From Eledone cirrhosa (lineage: Eukaryota): DNA of 64,000 bases. A model generated the notes under the pieces. The model saw only the letters and a program-made list of their open reading frames with translations. It was not told the DNA's origin and did not search any database. Positions 12,831 to 26,500 of the stretch are shown here, one piece after another. Made by a program: the position numbers and the translations under genes. Each line of letters starts with the position of its first letter. Within the stretch, counting starts at the first letter, position 1. Location of the stretch: contig OZ024742.1 in the NCBI GenBank assembly GCA_964016885.1, forward strand, positions 72,168,001 through 72,232,000, in the 5' to 3' direction.

Positions 12831-13389
12831 CGGACAGGGAAATGCCTAGTGCCGAGGCATACGGATACGACAATAGCAGTAGTACATCCATAGGTAGACG
12901 GAACCACCCGGAACTAGCTTCCAGGAACACGAGTAGCAGCACAGATCACCACAAAGACACAAGACCGACAATAAGACAGGGGAAGACACACATGGACACC
13001 AGACCACCCAGTACACGTAGACAGAAGCCCGGCACGCGCACCACATGCGTCGCGGAAACTAGAACTAGGAACAGGGTAAGGTTGTCCTTACCCTGTTCCT
13101 AGTTCAAGTACGGCCATGGAACCCGGTAGAGGAAACACCCGGACCAGTAGCAATGATATAGCCCCGACAACAGCATCGCATAGCATTAACGAGACTAACA
13201 GTCGAGCCGACAATACAAAATGGAATACCTCAGTAAGCGAACGGCGTAACCCCGATGCCCACGGTAGACATATAGATAGCGGCAACATAGGGGACGAATT
13301 AACGGGCGGGCAAAACCCAAGACGGACACCTGACCCAACACTACGCACATTATGTGGCTTTGCGTGTGGATCCATACGTGGATTGATCC

Positions 13390-13495
13390 TTTATTCTAAC
13401 CATTATTCTAACCATTATTCTAACCATTATTCTAACCTTTATTCTAACCATTATTCTAACCCTAATTATATCCCTAACCCTAGCCCTAACCCTAA
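13390..13495. repeat. 12-bp tandem (TTATTCTAACCA)n grading into telomere-like CCCTAA repeats
   Basis: Directly visible. Confidence 0.85.
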
Positions 13496-13496
13496 A

Positions 13497-13567
13497 TTAC
13501 TAGACGGATTCGAACCATCGACCTAACAAACTACAGTCCCCTGCTCTACCTACTGAGTTAGGTTTAC
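13497..13567 (-). pseudogene. tRNA-Tyr(GUA)-like relic or SINE head
   Basis: Minus strand TAACTCAGTAGGTAGAGCAGGGGACTGTAG...TAGGTCGATGGTTCGAATCCG: D arm, GTA anticodon and T arm present; acceptor and anticodon stems do not pair. Confidence 0.7.
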
Positions 13568-14039
13568 TTGACATTTAAATTAGCTCAACAAATTAATGGA
13601 GCCGAATATATCAAAGGTATATATTAAGTTAGAAACTCAAAATAGTCTCTTACAATAAAATAGCGCTAGGAAAGAGATTTTTCCGAGCCGTATATTATAA
13701 TTGAATATAAAAAAAAGATATCTATCTTTATTTGCCACAGGGTCGTACAAAAATGAAACATTACAAGATGTGGGGCGGGGTTTTTACATAAAATCTTCAA
13801 CAATGATAAATAACAATAAACTATATAAAAATAAAACAATTGAAATCCCCATTAGGGAGGGGGATAACGCTACTGCTGGGTTGTTTTACACCCCGTGGAT
13901 AGAACAACCCTCAACACCAGGAACAAGTTTTGTAGGTGTTCCCATCTTCCCTCTGTTTATCTTCCTCAACCTATAGGTTTATATACAGAGAAGGCCCATT
14001 CACCCGGGCCATTTTCGCAACATTCACCTACCTTTCAGC

Positions 14040-14826
14040 GAATTTACTTGGGTGTAGCATACTGGCATAAATTCTATAAAATGTACGCAATGCAGATCTT
14101 GAGTACACAAGAGATGTAGTGGAATAGCAGGCAAACTAACAGGTAGGGAAAACTCTGTATGCAGTAGATGTACAGGGAAAGTTGGCAGTAGTAATCGCAG
14201 TGATAGATACATTTTTCAAATGCAGGTGGGTTCTATAGAAGTGGTTGATAGCTTCCGGTACCTAGGTGATCAGATTACTATGAGAGGGGGTGTTCCGAGG
14301 ACATAGTATCTAGAATAAGGATGGGTTGGAAGAAGTTTAGGGGGCTGTTTCGAAAGGCCGGTTATATGATGCCTGTGTGAGATGCGCGATGCTTCATGGT
14401 AGTGAGACATAGGCAGCAACTGCAGAAGATATGCGACGGCGGGAGAGAAATGAAGCAAGCATGCTCCGTTGGATGTGCAATGTCAATGTGCGTGAACGAC
14501 CAAGCATAGACGAGTTGAGAAAGAAACTGAGTATAAGAGGGATAAGTTTTGGTGTGCAGGAGAGAAGACTGAGATGGTATGGGCATGTGATGCACATGAA
14601 GGATGATTGTTGGGTAAAGAAGTGCCAAAAAACCCCAGTAGAATGAAGACGCAGTAGAGGAAGACCACGAAAAACATGGGCAGAGGTGGTGAGAGCAGAC
14701 CTCAGATCGATGGAGGAGATGATGAAGGACAATGACAAGTGGAGAGATGGTGTGCTGAATAGGCCCCGTCCCACCCTTGCAAGCAGGGAAAAGCGGACGT
14801 AAAATGATAACGATAATGATGATGAT
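14040..14826 (+). mobile_element. RTE LINE 3' fragment (PHD-like finger family)
   Basis: VHKRCSG, FRYLGD, MLRWMC, RRLRWYGHV, RGRPRKTW; TGA tail. Confidence 0.85.
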
Positions 14827-15029
14827 TATATATATATATATATATATATATAGGTGGAAAAAACCAGTTAGACCATTTCTCACCAGAGTACTCGATACTT
14901 GGGGTAGTTGAGTGGGTAATATGAAAAATTCAGGACCCCGACGGCTGAGCTCCCGTCGTTTCAACAGCTAGATCTGAGCAGGAGCTCAGCTGTTGGAGTC
15001 CAGAATTTTATATATATATATATATATAT

Positions 15030-17947
15030 GATCATCATGATGGTCCCCTAACCCTTTATGGGGTTGTTGGGATACTGTACTGTTGAACATTGCACCAACT
15101 GCTTCCATCTCTGACAGTCATGGGCCAGTATTGTGGAAAAGTTCTTTCCTGTCCATTCAGCTATGTTATCAGTCCACCACTTCTTCTGTCAGCCTCGCTT
15201 TCTTTTCCTCCGCACTGTTCACTGGAGAATCATCATTGAGAGTCTGATTTTGTTACATGTCCATACCACTTCAGCTTCCTCCTCTTCCCCGTGGTCAGCA
15301 GATCTTCAAAGTCGCTCACATGCTGGGTGATTCTTTTGTGGACTTCCTCGTTCAGGATCTGCTCAGTGTAGGAGATTCCCAGGATTCTCCAAAAGCATCT
15401 CACCACCCCTGCTTGGATCTTCCTTTACAGTTCCAGAGTTAGGGTCCACATATAGGAAAATGAACATGACCAACACACACAGTAATTTTATTTTGTACTT
15501 GAGAGTGATGTCTTTATCTCTCCAGAGTGGTTTCAGTTTAGCAAGTGCTGTGGCAGTTAGTGCACTCCTTGCAAGGACCTCTGGCTTTGATCCCTCATCA
15601 CTGTTGATGGCACCAATGTACTTTGAACTGTGTCACAGTCTTCAGCTCTTGATCATTGACTATAATCTTTCTTTCTATTGGCTTTGAGGAGTTTGTCATC
15701 AGCTTGGTTTTCTCAGCATTGATCTCCATGCCGTACCTAGTAGAGGTTATATCCAGGTGGTTCACCAGCTCAGGGAGTTCTTCTTCACTACCAGCTAAGC
15801 CATCAATGTCATCAGTGAACCTGAGGTTTGTGACAGTTCGTCCTCCTACACAGAGCCAGGATTGCCTTCTAGGGCGACCGTCATGATTCATTCAAGGAAG
15901 ATGTTGAACAGTGTCAGGGAGAGGAGACAGCCCTGCCGGACTTCTACTGATATGTGGAACCAATCCCCCATCATGCCTTGGACCAGTACCACACTTGAGG
16001 CTTTCACACACAGCTGCTGTATCATGTGGATGATCTTTTGGCCCATGTTATATTTCTTCATGGTCGCCCACAATGTATCATGCCATACCCTGTCAAAGGC
16101 TTTCTTGAAATCAACAAACCCTTGGAACAGATCCTGTTGGTGTTGGCTATACTTCTCACACAGAACTCTCAGATTGTAAATTTGCTCTGTGCTGCTCCTC
16201 TGCAATGATTTCCTCAGCCTGTGACTTAAGTCTCTTCAGAATAACTTTGAACATCACTTTTCTTGTGTGGCTGACAAGGCTGATGGTTCTATAATGTTGG
16301 CAGTGTTGTAGATTGTCTTTCTTGAGGAGTGTGATAATGAGTGACTGAGTCCACGGTGATGGCCACTCTCCAGTCTGCCAGATCTTGTAACAGATTTAGG
16401 TAAGAACTTCAGTCACAGCCTCTCCTCCATGCGTAATCAGTTCTGCTGGAATGTTGTCTGTACCAGCTGTTTCTCCGGTTTTCAGTGATTTAATTGCTGT
16501 CTCCACTTCTTCATACAGGACAGGGAAGTCATCCCTGTTTGACACTTCTTGACTGATAAGTACCCTGGGGTCTCCATGGGTTTGATGGCTGTACAGCTTT
16601 GAACAGTATTCTGTTCCTCTCCTGGCAATGTCTTTTTCCTCCGTGAGGCACTTTCTCTGCTTGCTTTGGGAATCACCAATGACAATACCAGCTCGGTCGT
16701 CGCCCAGGCTAACAAGGACCGTGTCATCTGTCGTACACCAGGGCGGAGGTGCTAAATATACAACTGGAAATGTATCGAAAAGGATCCGCATGAGGGAGAA
16801 CCTCACAATTGCCACTTGGAACGTGAGAACACTTGCCCAACACGACAAACTGCAGGAACTCACTCATGAAATGAGGAGATACAGCTGGCACAATGTGGGA
16901 CTCTGTGAAGTCAGATGGAAACATTCTGTTGAACACCTTACTAATGAAGGTCATACACTCTACTTCAGTGGAGAACCTGACAAACATGTACAAGGCGTGG
17001 TTTTTCTTGTTAATAAGAGCATAAAAAACGCTGTACTCGAGTGCCGCTCAGTATCCCGCAGATTCATCAGCATCCACCTTTGAGCGGCACCATTTAACAT
17101 CACAGTAGTACAAGCCTATGCACCAACATCTGACTATGAAGACGAACAAGTGGAGGAGTTATACATAGAACTTCAGAACGCCATTGACAAGGTTGATAGG
17201 AAAAACATCCTTCTTGTACAGGGAGATTGGAATGTCAAAGTGGGTGAGGATGTGGTGAAAGACTGATGAGAACTTCTCCTGCTTGAATTTGCCAGTTGTA
17301 ATGACATGGTGCTTGCTAACACCCTTGGTAAGCATAAAGCATCAAGGCTTGACACTGCCCCTACGGTACACACCACCAGATAGACTACATTATGGTGAAG
17401 AACCGGTTTCGGTCTGAAATCAGCAGGCCAAAACAAGAACTTTTCCAGGTGCAGATATAGGGAATGATTTGGTGTTGCTGAATTTCAGAGTTTGGCTAAA
17501 GAAGATCAAGAAGCGCAAGAACTCCAGACAGAAGTTCAACTTGGACAGGCTGAAGGACCCCACCGTTGCAGAATCCTTCCAAGTATCTTTTGGCGGAAAA
17601 TTTGCAGCCCTGTTTGTGCTTGAAGAGGGTGTTGAAACAATGACAGCTAAGTTCAAGGTGGTAAGCAAATGATGTCTTAGGGAAAAGCCACAGGAAATCT
17701 TAACCTTGAGTCACAGAAGTTCTTAAATTGTGTGATACAAGAAGAGAACTAAAAGCATCCAAGCTTAAAACAACCGGAGTATCAGCATACATAGAGATCA
17801 GAAAAGGGATGAGGAAGGCCAAAGCAGAATGGATAGAGAAGCAGTCCACTGAGATGGAAGAGTGCCTGAACAGGAACAACAACAAAAGAGCCTTTCAAAT
17901 TGTGAAAGATCTCACGAAAAAGAAACACTCAAGAGTCAGCACCATCC
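15030..17947. mobile_element. RTE (BovB-like) LINE with inverted 5' half: RT on - (15030-16675), APE on + (16690-17947)
   Basis: Minus: FVDFKKAFDRVWH, VRQGCLLS, LRFTDD. Plus: IATWNVRTL, GLCEVRW, QAYAPT, GDWNVKVG, QIDYI. Confidence 0.88.
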
Positions 17948-17963
17948 ATATATATATATATAT

Positions 17964-17966
<3 letters not shown>

Positions 17967-18031
<65 letters not shown>
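17967..18031. repeat. (GA)n microsatellite
   Basis: Directly visible. Confidence 0.95.
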
Positions 18032-18034
<3 letters not shown>

Positions 18035-18999
18035 ACAACACCATCAAAGCTAAATAACCTTATAATATTGGCACGAGATCAGCCCACTTTGGGAAATGAG
18101 AAAAGTTGATTAAATTAACCTCAGTACATGACTGATACATTATTTTATCGACTCCGTAAGGATGAAAGGCAAAGTTAGAACTGAAAGTGTAAAGAGACAG
18201 AACAAATACCACAATGGCATTTTTTATGCGACGCTCTACCAATTCTGCCAACCCACCACACTAAGTAGCCCTATAATCTTGATACAGTTGTATTTCAGTA
18301 GCCTACTGTTGTATTTCAGGGGTCCACTGTAGTATTTCAGGATCAATACTTTGCTTTAAAAAAATAACTGAAGTCTTAGGGAAAGAATAAAAATTTTAAA
18401 TAAACAAATAAAACAATTAAGCTAAGCATTTAGTCTAACAATTCCCTAGGGAATTAATAGTACTAAATTTATAGCTTACTGTATTATTCATTCATGCATG
18501 CATACATACGTGCACACACACACACTCACACACGAGCATATATATGTATATGTGAAGAATATGCTCCGAAATCATTAGACGTGTCCATCGAACCTGCGGG
18601 TCCAGAATCAGACAAATCCACACAATGATCGCGTCTCGAGCTGTCCGTCGGGGAAACATTTGTAACACACAATAAATTGAGTTCAGATGCATCACTGATT
18701 TTTCGTTTTCTATTCTATCATACTCTGGTCTGTAAGAGCATAAAGTGCTCAACCGGCATACCGCCTATGGAAGCATCTTAGCTACCCTCAGACACACACA
18801 CATATATATATGCATGTATAAATTTATATATACAGGCACACACACAAGAAGACTGTCTCCTGTTTGTATTCCCAGTGCTTAACCCCAAACACAACAAGCA
18901 ATAAATCCAGACACACATACACAAAACTATTGCAGAGAAGATCCTTGAAGTTACAGCATTAGATGTATTATTGTTGCACAAATCAGCAAATATCAAGTA

Positions 19000-19410
19000 A
19001 AATTAGAATTGTGTTCTTGTGCTTCAAACTTTGATGTATTAAAGCAATTGTTTAATGATGGTGAGAATATGAGTTTCAGTTGCAACAACTGTAAATTTGC
19101 ACCACTTGCCCATCGTGTGTTCTAAAAATTCTGGCGTCCAACAGACTTCATGACAAGGCATATGATAATCTTTATGAACTTTATAAAGTTATCTGCATAC
19201 TATCAGTTACCCACGTCCAATGTGAGAGGACATTTTCAAAGCTAAAGATCATAAAGACAAGGTTAAGAAATTTGCTGTCTGGGGAGAACTTGGAATCCTA
19301 CATGTTGCTATCCATTGAAAAGGAATTGTTAGATGAATTGGATGCACAAGCAATTATTGATAGATTTGCACAATCATCCAGTGAACTCAAACGATTGCTC
19401 TTAATATAGT
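19000..19410 (+). pseudogene. hAT transposase C-terminal dimerisation-domain relic
   Basis: Manual translation across frameshifts: LYKVICILSVT..CERTFSKLKIIKTRLRN...SIEKELLDELDAQAIIDRFA. Confidence 0.75.
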
Positions 19411-20289
19411 GGACTGCATGTAATACACTTTTGAACTATTTGCTAATGTGTAAAGTATTCAGTACAAGTAAACTATTTTAAAATATGCCCCAATTATTTT
19501 AAAAAATTTTAAATTGGTACATGTATAATATACTGTTATTTTGAAAATTTTATAAAGGCCATATAAAAACTGTAATGGAAAGAACAGGGAAACTGAATAA
19601 TAGAAGGATGTAAAATATTAAAAAGTAGAAGAAATCAAAAGCATGTCAATTTATCCTTTATTTTTAGAGGGGGGCTGGAGCAATTGAATTGGTGGTGATA
19701 GAATTCTTGGCATATGTATGTTTAATAAAAAAAACAATATGATATATACAAGTTGTTTGAAAGAAATCTTCTTTGTAAAGAGCAGCAAAGAAACAAATGT
19801 ATATGTATGAAGATGTGGTATTGACTGCAATGCCGTGATTTTCATAAGAAATCATAGTTATCCCTTTGACAGTAAAAAGTCTTCATTAAAAATATAGAAA
19901 TTGATTTATAGGACTTTAATTTCAGTTTGGTTAAAACTTTTCAAAATAACAGTATACTATACATTCACAATTATTTAAAAATTCAATTATAACATCCTGT
20001 ATTTACATTTGGTATTACTGTATACTTCCAGTAATATGTACAGTATATATACATTATAATTAGTAAAAAAAATATACATTAATTTCTGCAGAAATTTGAT
20101 TGCACTGTTTTGTTTCCACTTATGTATTTTTTGAAAATGTTATTTATTCATTATAAAAATTAAATGATAGCATTCTATAAGTGGGTGGGCCCCTTTTCTC
20201 TCCTGGCAACCAATATTTTTAGACTTAGTCCGCCAATGTGTCAGATGATGCCCGTAATTGTGCTTGGTTGTTTCAGCGCCTTAGCTTCG

Positions 20290-21650
20290 CCATCATCCGG
20301 CCTTACAGAACTTCATCAGTTAGCTTGGACATGACAATCTCCCTGTATCTCTTTGCCAGACACTTATAGACTTTACTGTGGAGGCTTAACATGGAGATCC
20401 CTCTGTAATTGGAACGATCTCCCTTTTTGAAAATTAGGATTATCACTCCTGATTGCCATTGTTTAGGTGCCTTTCCAGATCCAGGCCACCTGGCACGCAC
20501 AAGCCAGCCAGAGAATGCCTTCTCTATTTAAGGTTTTTAACATCTTGGACTGGATTTCATCCTCCCCAGCAGCCTTGCCACATTTGAGCTCCTTAACTGC
20601 TCTTGTGACCTCAGTCTCTGAGAGATTAGTCACTGCTCTCAGAAGCACCTTGTGTACATCAGAAGATGCTGTTGTGATTGGGTTTAGGAGATAATTAAAG
20701 TATTCTCTCAACCTCAAGAGGACACACCTCTCTGAAAAGAGGAGAACCCCAGATTCGTTCTTGTTAGCAGGTGTGGAGGAGGACTTTGTATTATGACCTT
20801 GGTGGATAGTCTGCCAGTACACTTTATTTGCTGATCTGACGTCGGATTCCATCTTAACCCCAAAGTCTCTTAACTTTGGACGCCTTTACTCTCTCTGCTA
20901 CGATTCTTCGTGTCTGCTTGTACCACTAGTGCAAGAGGGAAGACTTACTTCCCAGCCAAGCTTTGGGAAACTGAATTTAAAAAATAAAATTTGTTTAGTA
21001 TTGTTGCTTTAGTTAAGTGTTCCTTAAAAAGGAAGCTGCTGTGGATGGCTGTGCAGAAGTATAGGATTGATGGTAAGCTTCTTGCTGCCCTGATGCCTCT
21101 ATACGAATGCCTGAGTATTTGTGTTCTGATAAATGGTGCTAAATCAAAATCATTCAGTGTGGGAGTCAGACTCTGCCAAGGGTGCGTACTGTCATCTCTC
21201 CTGTTCATTATTTACATAAACAAGATTGACATGCACAGCCGGGTTGATAGGTAGGTGTAAAATCAGCAGACGACATGGTGTTACTTGACTCGACAGAAGA
21301 TGATCTTCGACTTGCACGTGATAGGTTTGATTCCGAGTGCTGCATGGCTGGAATGAAAATCAGTGCTGCGAAGACTGAGACACTCATTCTCTCAAGGAAG
21401 CTTGCGCAGTGCACGTTATATGTGAACGGAGTTCAACTGAAGCAGGTAGAGAAGTTCAAGTATCTCGGGGCCACGTTCATGAGAGATGGAAAGCAGAAGG
21501 CTGAATTAACTGAAAGAATTGCAGGAGCTGGTGCAGTAATGTGCCAGCTTCAGCATTCAGTAGTCAGAAGAAGGGAAGTAGATGTAAAAGCCAAACTCGC
21601 TATCTTCAATTCGGTATTCGTGCCAACTCTTACCTACGGTCAGGAATTAG
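20290..21650. mobile_element. RTE (Expander/Rex3-like) LINE fragment with inverted 5' part
   Basis: Minus 20290-20930: GKAAGEDEI, WQSGVIILIFKKGD, NYRGIS. Plus 21000-21650: QGCVLSSLLFIIY, ADD, FKYLG, PTLTYG. Confidence 0.8.
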
Positions 21651-22145
21651 CGGAAATTAAAATATTTCCTTTGTCTAACATTTTGAATGACCCGCCAAAA
21701 ACCGGGGGGTTATTTCCCTTGCTGGAATTAACACGTGACAGCTATAGATACGATACGCCACGACACAGCAGCAACATTTAGCCTATCACTCCGTCCATGG
21801 TAGAATGAAACCTGTTGATAAACTGAATCCTCTGTTCGATCATAAATACCTGGAGCTTGCCAGTCACGTAAATCTGATATTTGATTTCAGATTCAAAGAA
21901 ACACTTTAAACGTATAATCGTTTGATTTGTCCAGGTGTATTTTTCTCAACCTGTTAGTTCTATCATTACTTTGGTATATTATTGTGGGTTAGATTTTGCC
22001 TACCACAATGTTAGATTTGTCAAGCTATTTAAACGTATGTTATTACTATAAGGACCCACCTTATCGAGTGCTTTGCTAACTCATCACCCCATAAGTAGGC
22101 CGAATTTGCTTGCAAACCACCAGAGATTCGATTTTACTAAATATC

Positions 22146-22190
<45 letters not shown>

Positions 22191-23048
22191 GTTAAAACAA
22201 AACAAAGCGAAGAGTGCAGTACAAAGTGTTAGTACTAGGTTCACATGTTTGTATGTATATATGTGTGCGTGAGTGTGCGCGCACATTTTTGTGATTGGAA
22301 ACATTTTTTGGACCTACTAATTCAACACCAAACGAGGTTAAAATGTTCAACTTTTCCCTTTTTTCTGTGCTTTGTCTGAGGCATCTTGAAAGTATTCTTC
22401 AACGAACTGTGGGTTTTACCATTCCGTTGGATCACTTAACTCCCAGGGACATTCGAACGAGTTTTACCATTTACAATCCACAGACAGGAATAACAAATCT
22501 TTAGAAGAAAAATTTTAAAGGATTGGTTGCAGACCAGAATCCACTGTCACATTCCACTGACAACAACGCAAGGAACCAACCTGAAACAATTGTATTACAC
22601 AATTACACATTCCTCCCTCCTTAATGTACACATACAATCTCCCCCCCCCCCCCACCACCACCACACAAAAATTATAAATGGCGAGGAACTGGCACTAGCT
22701 TCACAAGAAGAGATAACACATGATACCACCCCATCTCCCTCTTGAAATAACCTGAATCTATAGACAGGTGTGACTGAAAGGGCAATCCATGCTTCCATTT
22801 AATTTCACAGAATTAGAAGCTTTGACCACTTGATAGAATTCAGGACCAGTAATGTAATCACTCTGTAAATGTAAACATCTTGTATCACTAACATTCACTC
22901 TTTTCATTCTTTTCAAAGTGACCATATTAAACTATTGCATATATGTAACTTCAATAATTTTCAAAATGAGAGTAGTTAACGCCACATCCATTACCAAAAT
23001 AACATTCACAATTTTTTTTTAAGACATGGATATCGTTTTTATAACATA

Positions 23049-23962
23049 CTAGCAGTAAAGCCCGGCGTTGCTCGGGGTCGCTCAGTAGCTGTGTTAAAGT
23101 TACAATGTTAAGTTTCTTTCTTGGCTTAAAAACTGTAGTGTCTACTGTGCAGACTTGCATGTGGTGTTTTTGATTAATATTCCCTCAACCAACAATATGC
23201 CTTATGAAGTTAAGAAAACATAACGATAACCCGAATGTTATAACAAAAGAGGATGCTGGGGATAGAAACTGCACTGGTTATTTATTAACAAAGATCGAAA
23301 ATGTAAACACTGCAACGCAGAGAAAAACATTAGCGTAACCAAATTATCAGTTATGTCTGTCTGCACGCCTATATCACCTCTCTGCACGACTGTCTGTCTG
23401 CACGCCTATATCACCTCTCTGCACGACTGTCTGTCTGCACGCCTATATCACCTCTCTGCACGACTGTCTGTCTGCACGCCTATATCACCTCTCTGCACGA
23501 CTATCTGTCTGCACGCGTATATCACCTCTCTGCACGACTATCTGTCTGCACGCCTAACGACGAAATATTTGCTTGTTTTACGTAGTCTTTAAATAGACTT
23601 GTTTTCAAGTAAAAATATTGTTTTAAAATGCTTTTAAATGGAAATGAAGCAAAACGGAAGCTTCGTGTATTGTGTTAATGTCATTTTAAACGCTGAGAAA
23701 GCCAGCGTAATTTTTTACGTAAGACGCTCAATGTAAACAGAACAAAGGGAAATAACTGATAACTTACGCTCAAAAATCGATACATTATATTCGATTTCGT
23801 CACATAGGGTGGGTCAATTTGAAATATTTTTTTTCCGATGTCTTCGCTAGGGCTCAATGTACAAGTCTAGCAATTTCGGTGCAATTCCGTGAGAGATTCT
23901 AAGAGGAGATGTGTGCCAAAAATCGATAGACAGACAGACAACCACAGTTTTATATATATAGA
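23049..23962 (-). mobile_element. Non-autonomous Helitron
   Basis: Minus strand begins TCTATATATATAAAA and ends with hairpin CCCGAGCAACGCCGGG plus CTAG, inserted between A and T with no TSD; near-identical copy at 46518-47357. Confidence 0.88.
23354..23555. repeat. 37-bp minisatellite (~5.5 units) inside the Helitron
   Basis: TGTCTGTCTGCACGCCTATATCACCTCTCTGCACGAC repeated. Confidence 0.92.
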
Positions 23963-24569
23963 TAAATAAATTTACAGTGGAATAACATAAGAAATATGTT
24001 TGTTTTAAATATATACATAAATAACATTACAAATGCTTAGATAACATTATAAGTTGCTCGGGATTCTTTCAGAAGGTTATATTCTTTTAATGTTGCAATA
24101 TTAAAGAAAATGTAAAGGAAGGGGTGAACAACCGAGCCAACACCAGAGCAAAAGACAACAACATCGCAAATTGTGTTAGAAATTGACCAAACTCCTAAAT
24201 GGCGATAGCCAATGATCCCCGCATTTTCGGTCAAAGAAGGCCTTCGATCTTCAGCAGTCTGCCTGGCAGCCGAAATAGGGAACAGTATCAACTACCATCA
24301 CCATTAACAAGATGAAGCCAACACCAGCAACAACAACATATATGCGTATACACCAACATCATACCAGTAATCACTACCATTAACATGAGGAAGCCAACGA
24401 CAACCTATTTGTTTATTTATTCATTTATTTACTAATATTTTACTTTCTCGTGTGTCCCCCTCCATGCCCCCCCCCCCTCGTTTTCTGTTTTGTCTTCTGT
24501 TGTCTCCAGATCTGGTGAAGGTGACCTATGAGGCCTCACAAATATCAGCACTTACCCTTCCACCCTCAT

Positions 24570-26500
24570 ACAGTTGACCCTAGCACCCTGGTCAATGACA
24601 ACCAGCCATTCGCCCTTGATGTCGTTTGATGTCCCAGTCCCTGTCTCCATGCCCCATCCTCCATCCCCACCAGTCAACTCCTGCAGCACTTGTAGCACCC
24701 ACAAACAGGCGGAAGAGGGGCCAAAACTGTTCGGGGTGTGGCTGCTTCCACCACCTCATCTGTATTGGCTTGACGCGTCGAGTCTCCAGTGTCCTCGCAT
24801 CATGGAGATGCAGAAACTGTCTCTTCCCCTTGGCTGCCCAGCCACGGCCGTCTGGCACACCACCAGATGAGACAGCGAGCGTCTGTTGCTCAAGCCTCGC
24901 TTGTCAACATCATTCGGCTCCTCGGCTCTGGAACATCCCACTCAGGATCCCGAGAGCAGCCCGGGTGCCGGTAGCTGATGTACTCACTTCCTCAATTGAG
25001 AGGGCCCTGGACTCTAATCGAGCCAGCGACTGGGAGTGCCTATTTCACTTCGCCCCACTCGCTCTCAGCCTCCCCAACTCTGGTGCTGACCGAGGCAGCC
25101 TGTTGACAGCAGCCTTTGTCAAGGCCAATGTTTCGACCTTTGGGCAAGCGCCCATCCCAAGCGTGCCGAACCCTCTGCTCTCGGGTTTCTTCAGTCCTCC
25201 ACCCCTGAGGCCAGCGGCAAGCGTTTACGTGACCGCATAAATGCCAAACTAATCAGGGGTGATGTCTCGGCTGCAGTTAGAGTGGTTGCCTCAGAGGACA
25301 CTGTCCTCCAACCCACCGAGGAGGTCTTGGTTGCCCTGCGACTCAAGCACCCTGAGCCACCCGCTGACCTTAGTCCCATACCCCCACCTGATCCTCAATT
25401 GCTCCTTGTGGCTTCTGAGGCAGACATGTCTGCCATCAAGTCCTTCCCAGCTAGCAGCAGCGAAGGTGCTGATGGTCTCCGACCTGACCATCTCAAGAAG
25501 TTGTTATCCACCCTCTCCACTGAGGCCGGGCGCTGCCTTCTGAGTGCAATTGTGGCACTCACCAACAGGCACATCCATGGCGCCCTGGACCCTCACGCCC
25601 GAGGCCTCTTTTTTTCAGCTAGCCTGACCGTTCTCAGGAAGAAAGAGGGTGGCATACACCCCATCGTCTTCCGGAGGCTGGCTGCTAAGGTGGTTTGCAG
25701 GTCCATCACACCTGAACTGGGTGAGGAGCTCAGTCCGGGGCAAGTGGGTGTCGTCGTGTCCGGTGGCCACACATGCAACCAGGCAGTTCTTCAACAGCTG
25801 CCCACTGGGACCGGCATCCAGGGACTCCAGGCACCTCATTGTCAAGCTTGACATGAGGAATGTCTTCAACTGCATATGCCGTGACCATCTTTCGATGCCT
25901 GCCTCAGCCGAGCCCCCTCTTCCTACCCGTCATATGGAACCTCGAGCATGCTCCTTGCTGCTGATACAGTCATACCTTCAGCCACTGGGGTCCAACAGGG
26001 TGACCCTTTGGGTCCCCTCCTGTTTGCTCTTGGCATAGACCACATTGCTTGGGCGGGCCCGTAGAGACTGTCTGCCACGATCTACAATCGGTGGTTCCCC
26101 TCTCAGCTCGAGCCAGTGGGGCTGGACCGAGGGGTCAACAAAAGGCCAGACGGTATGACCATCTTCCTGCTCCGCGGTGGAAAACCCCTCATCTGGGTGT
26201 CACTTGCAGCGACACTTTCCCCAGCCGCAGCCTGCGACTTATCCAGGTTTTGCTGCACTTTGGGCAGAGAAAGCCAAGTACCCGTCGCTCTCTGACAGAT
26301 TTGCGGTCGTGCCCTTGGAAGTGGAGACTTCTGGTGTCCTCGGCCCCAGGGCTACCTCCCTACTCACCACCATAGGCGCTGAACTGGCCAGCTGCAGGTG
26401 TGAGCCTCGTGAGATGGAATAGCTCTTCCAGCGCATCTTCCTTACCATGCTCCGGGGAAACGTTTTCTCCATTCTGTCCGCCGGGGCTGTGCGGCGGCCA
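24570..26500 (+). pseudogene. CRE-like non-LTR retrotransposon, degenerate and internally deleted
   Basis: IPRAAR, DGLRPDHLK, LRKKEGGIHPI, VKLDMRNVFN, GVQQGDPLGPLLF, RPDGMT, VPLEVETSGVLGP; catalytic DD region missing. Confidence 0.82.

Noticed and set aside
12821-13526. Ser/Thr/Arg-rich ORFs after the PLE RT
   Set aside because: No recognisable domain; cannot be assigned
13497-13567. Functional tRNA-Tyr gene
   Set aside because: Acceptor and anticodon stems are unpaired, so it is reported only as a relic
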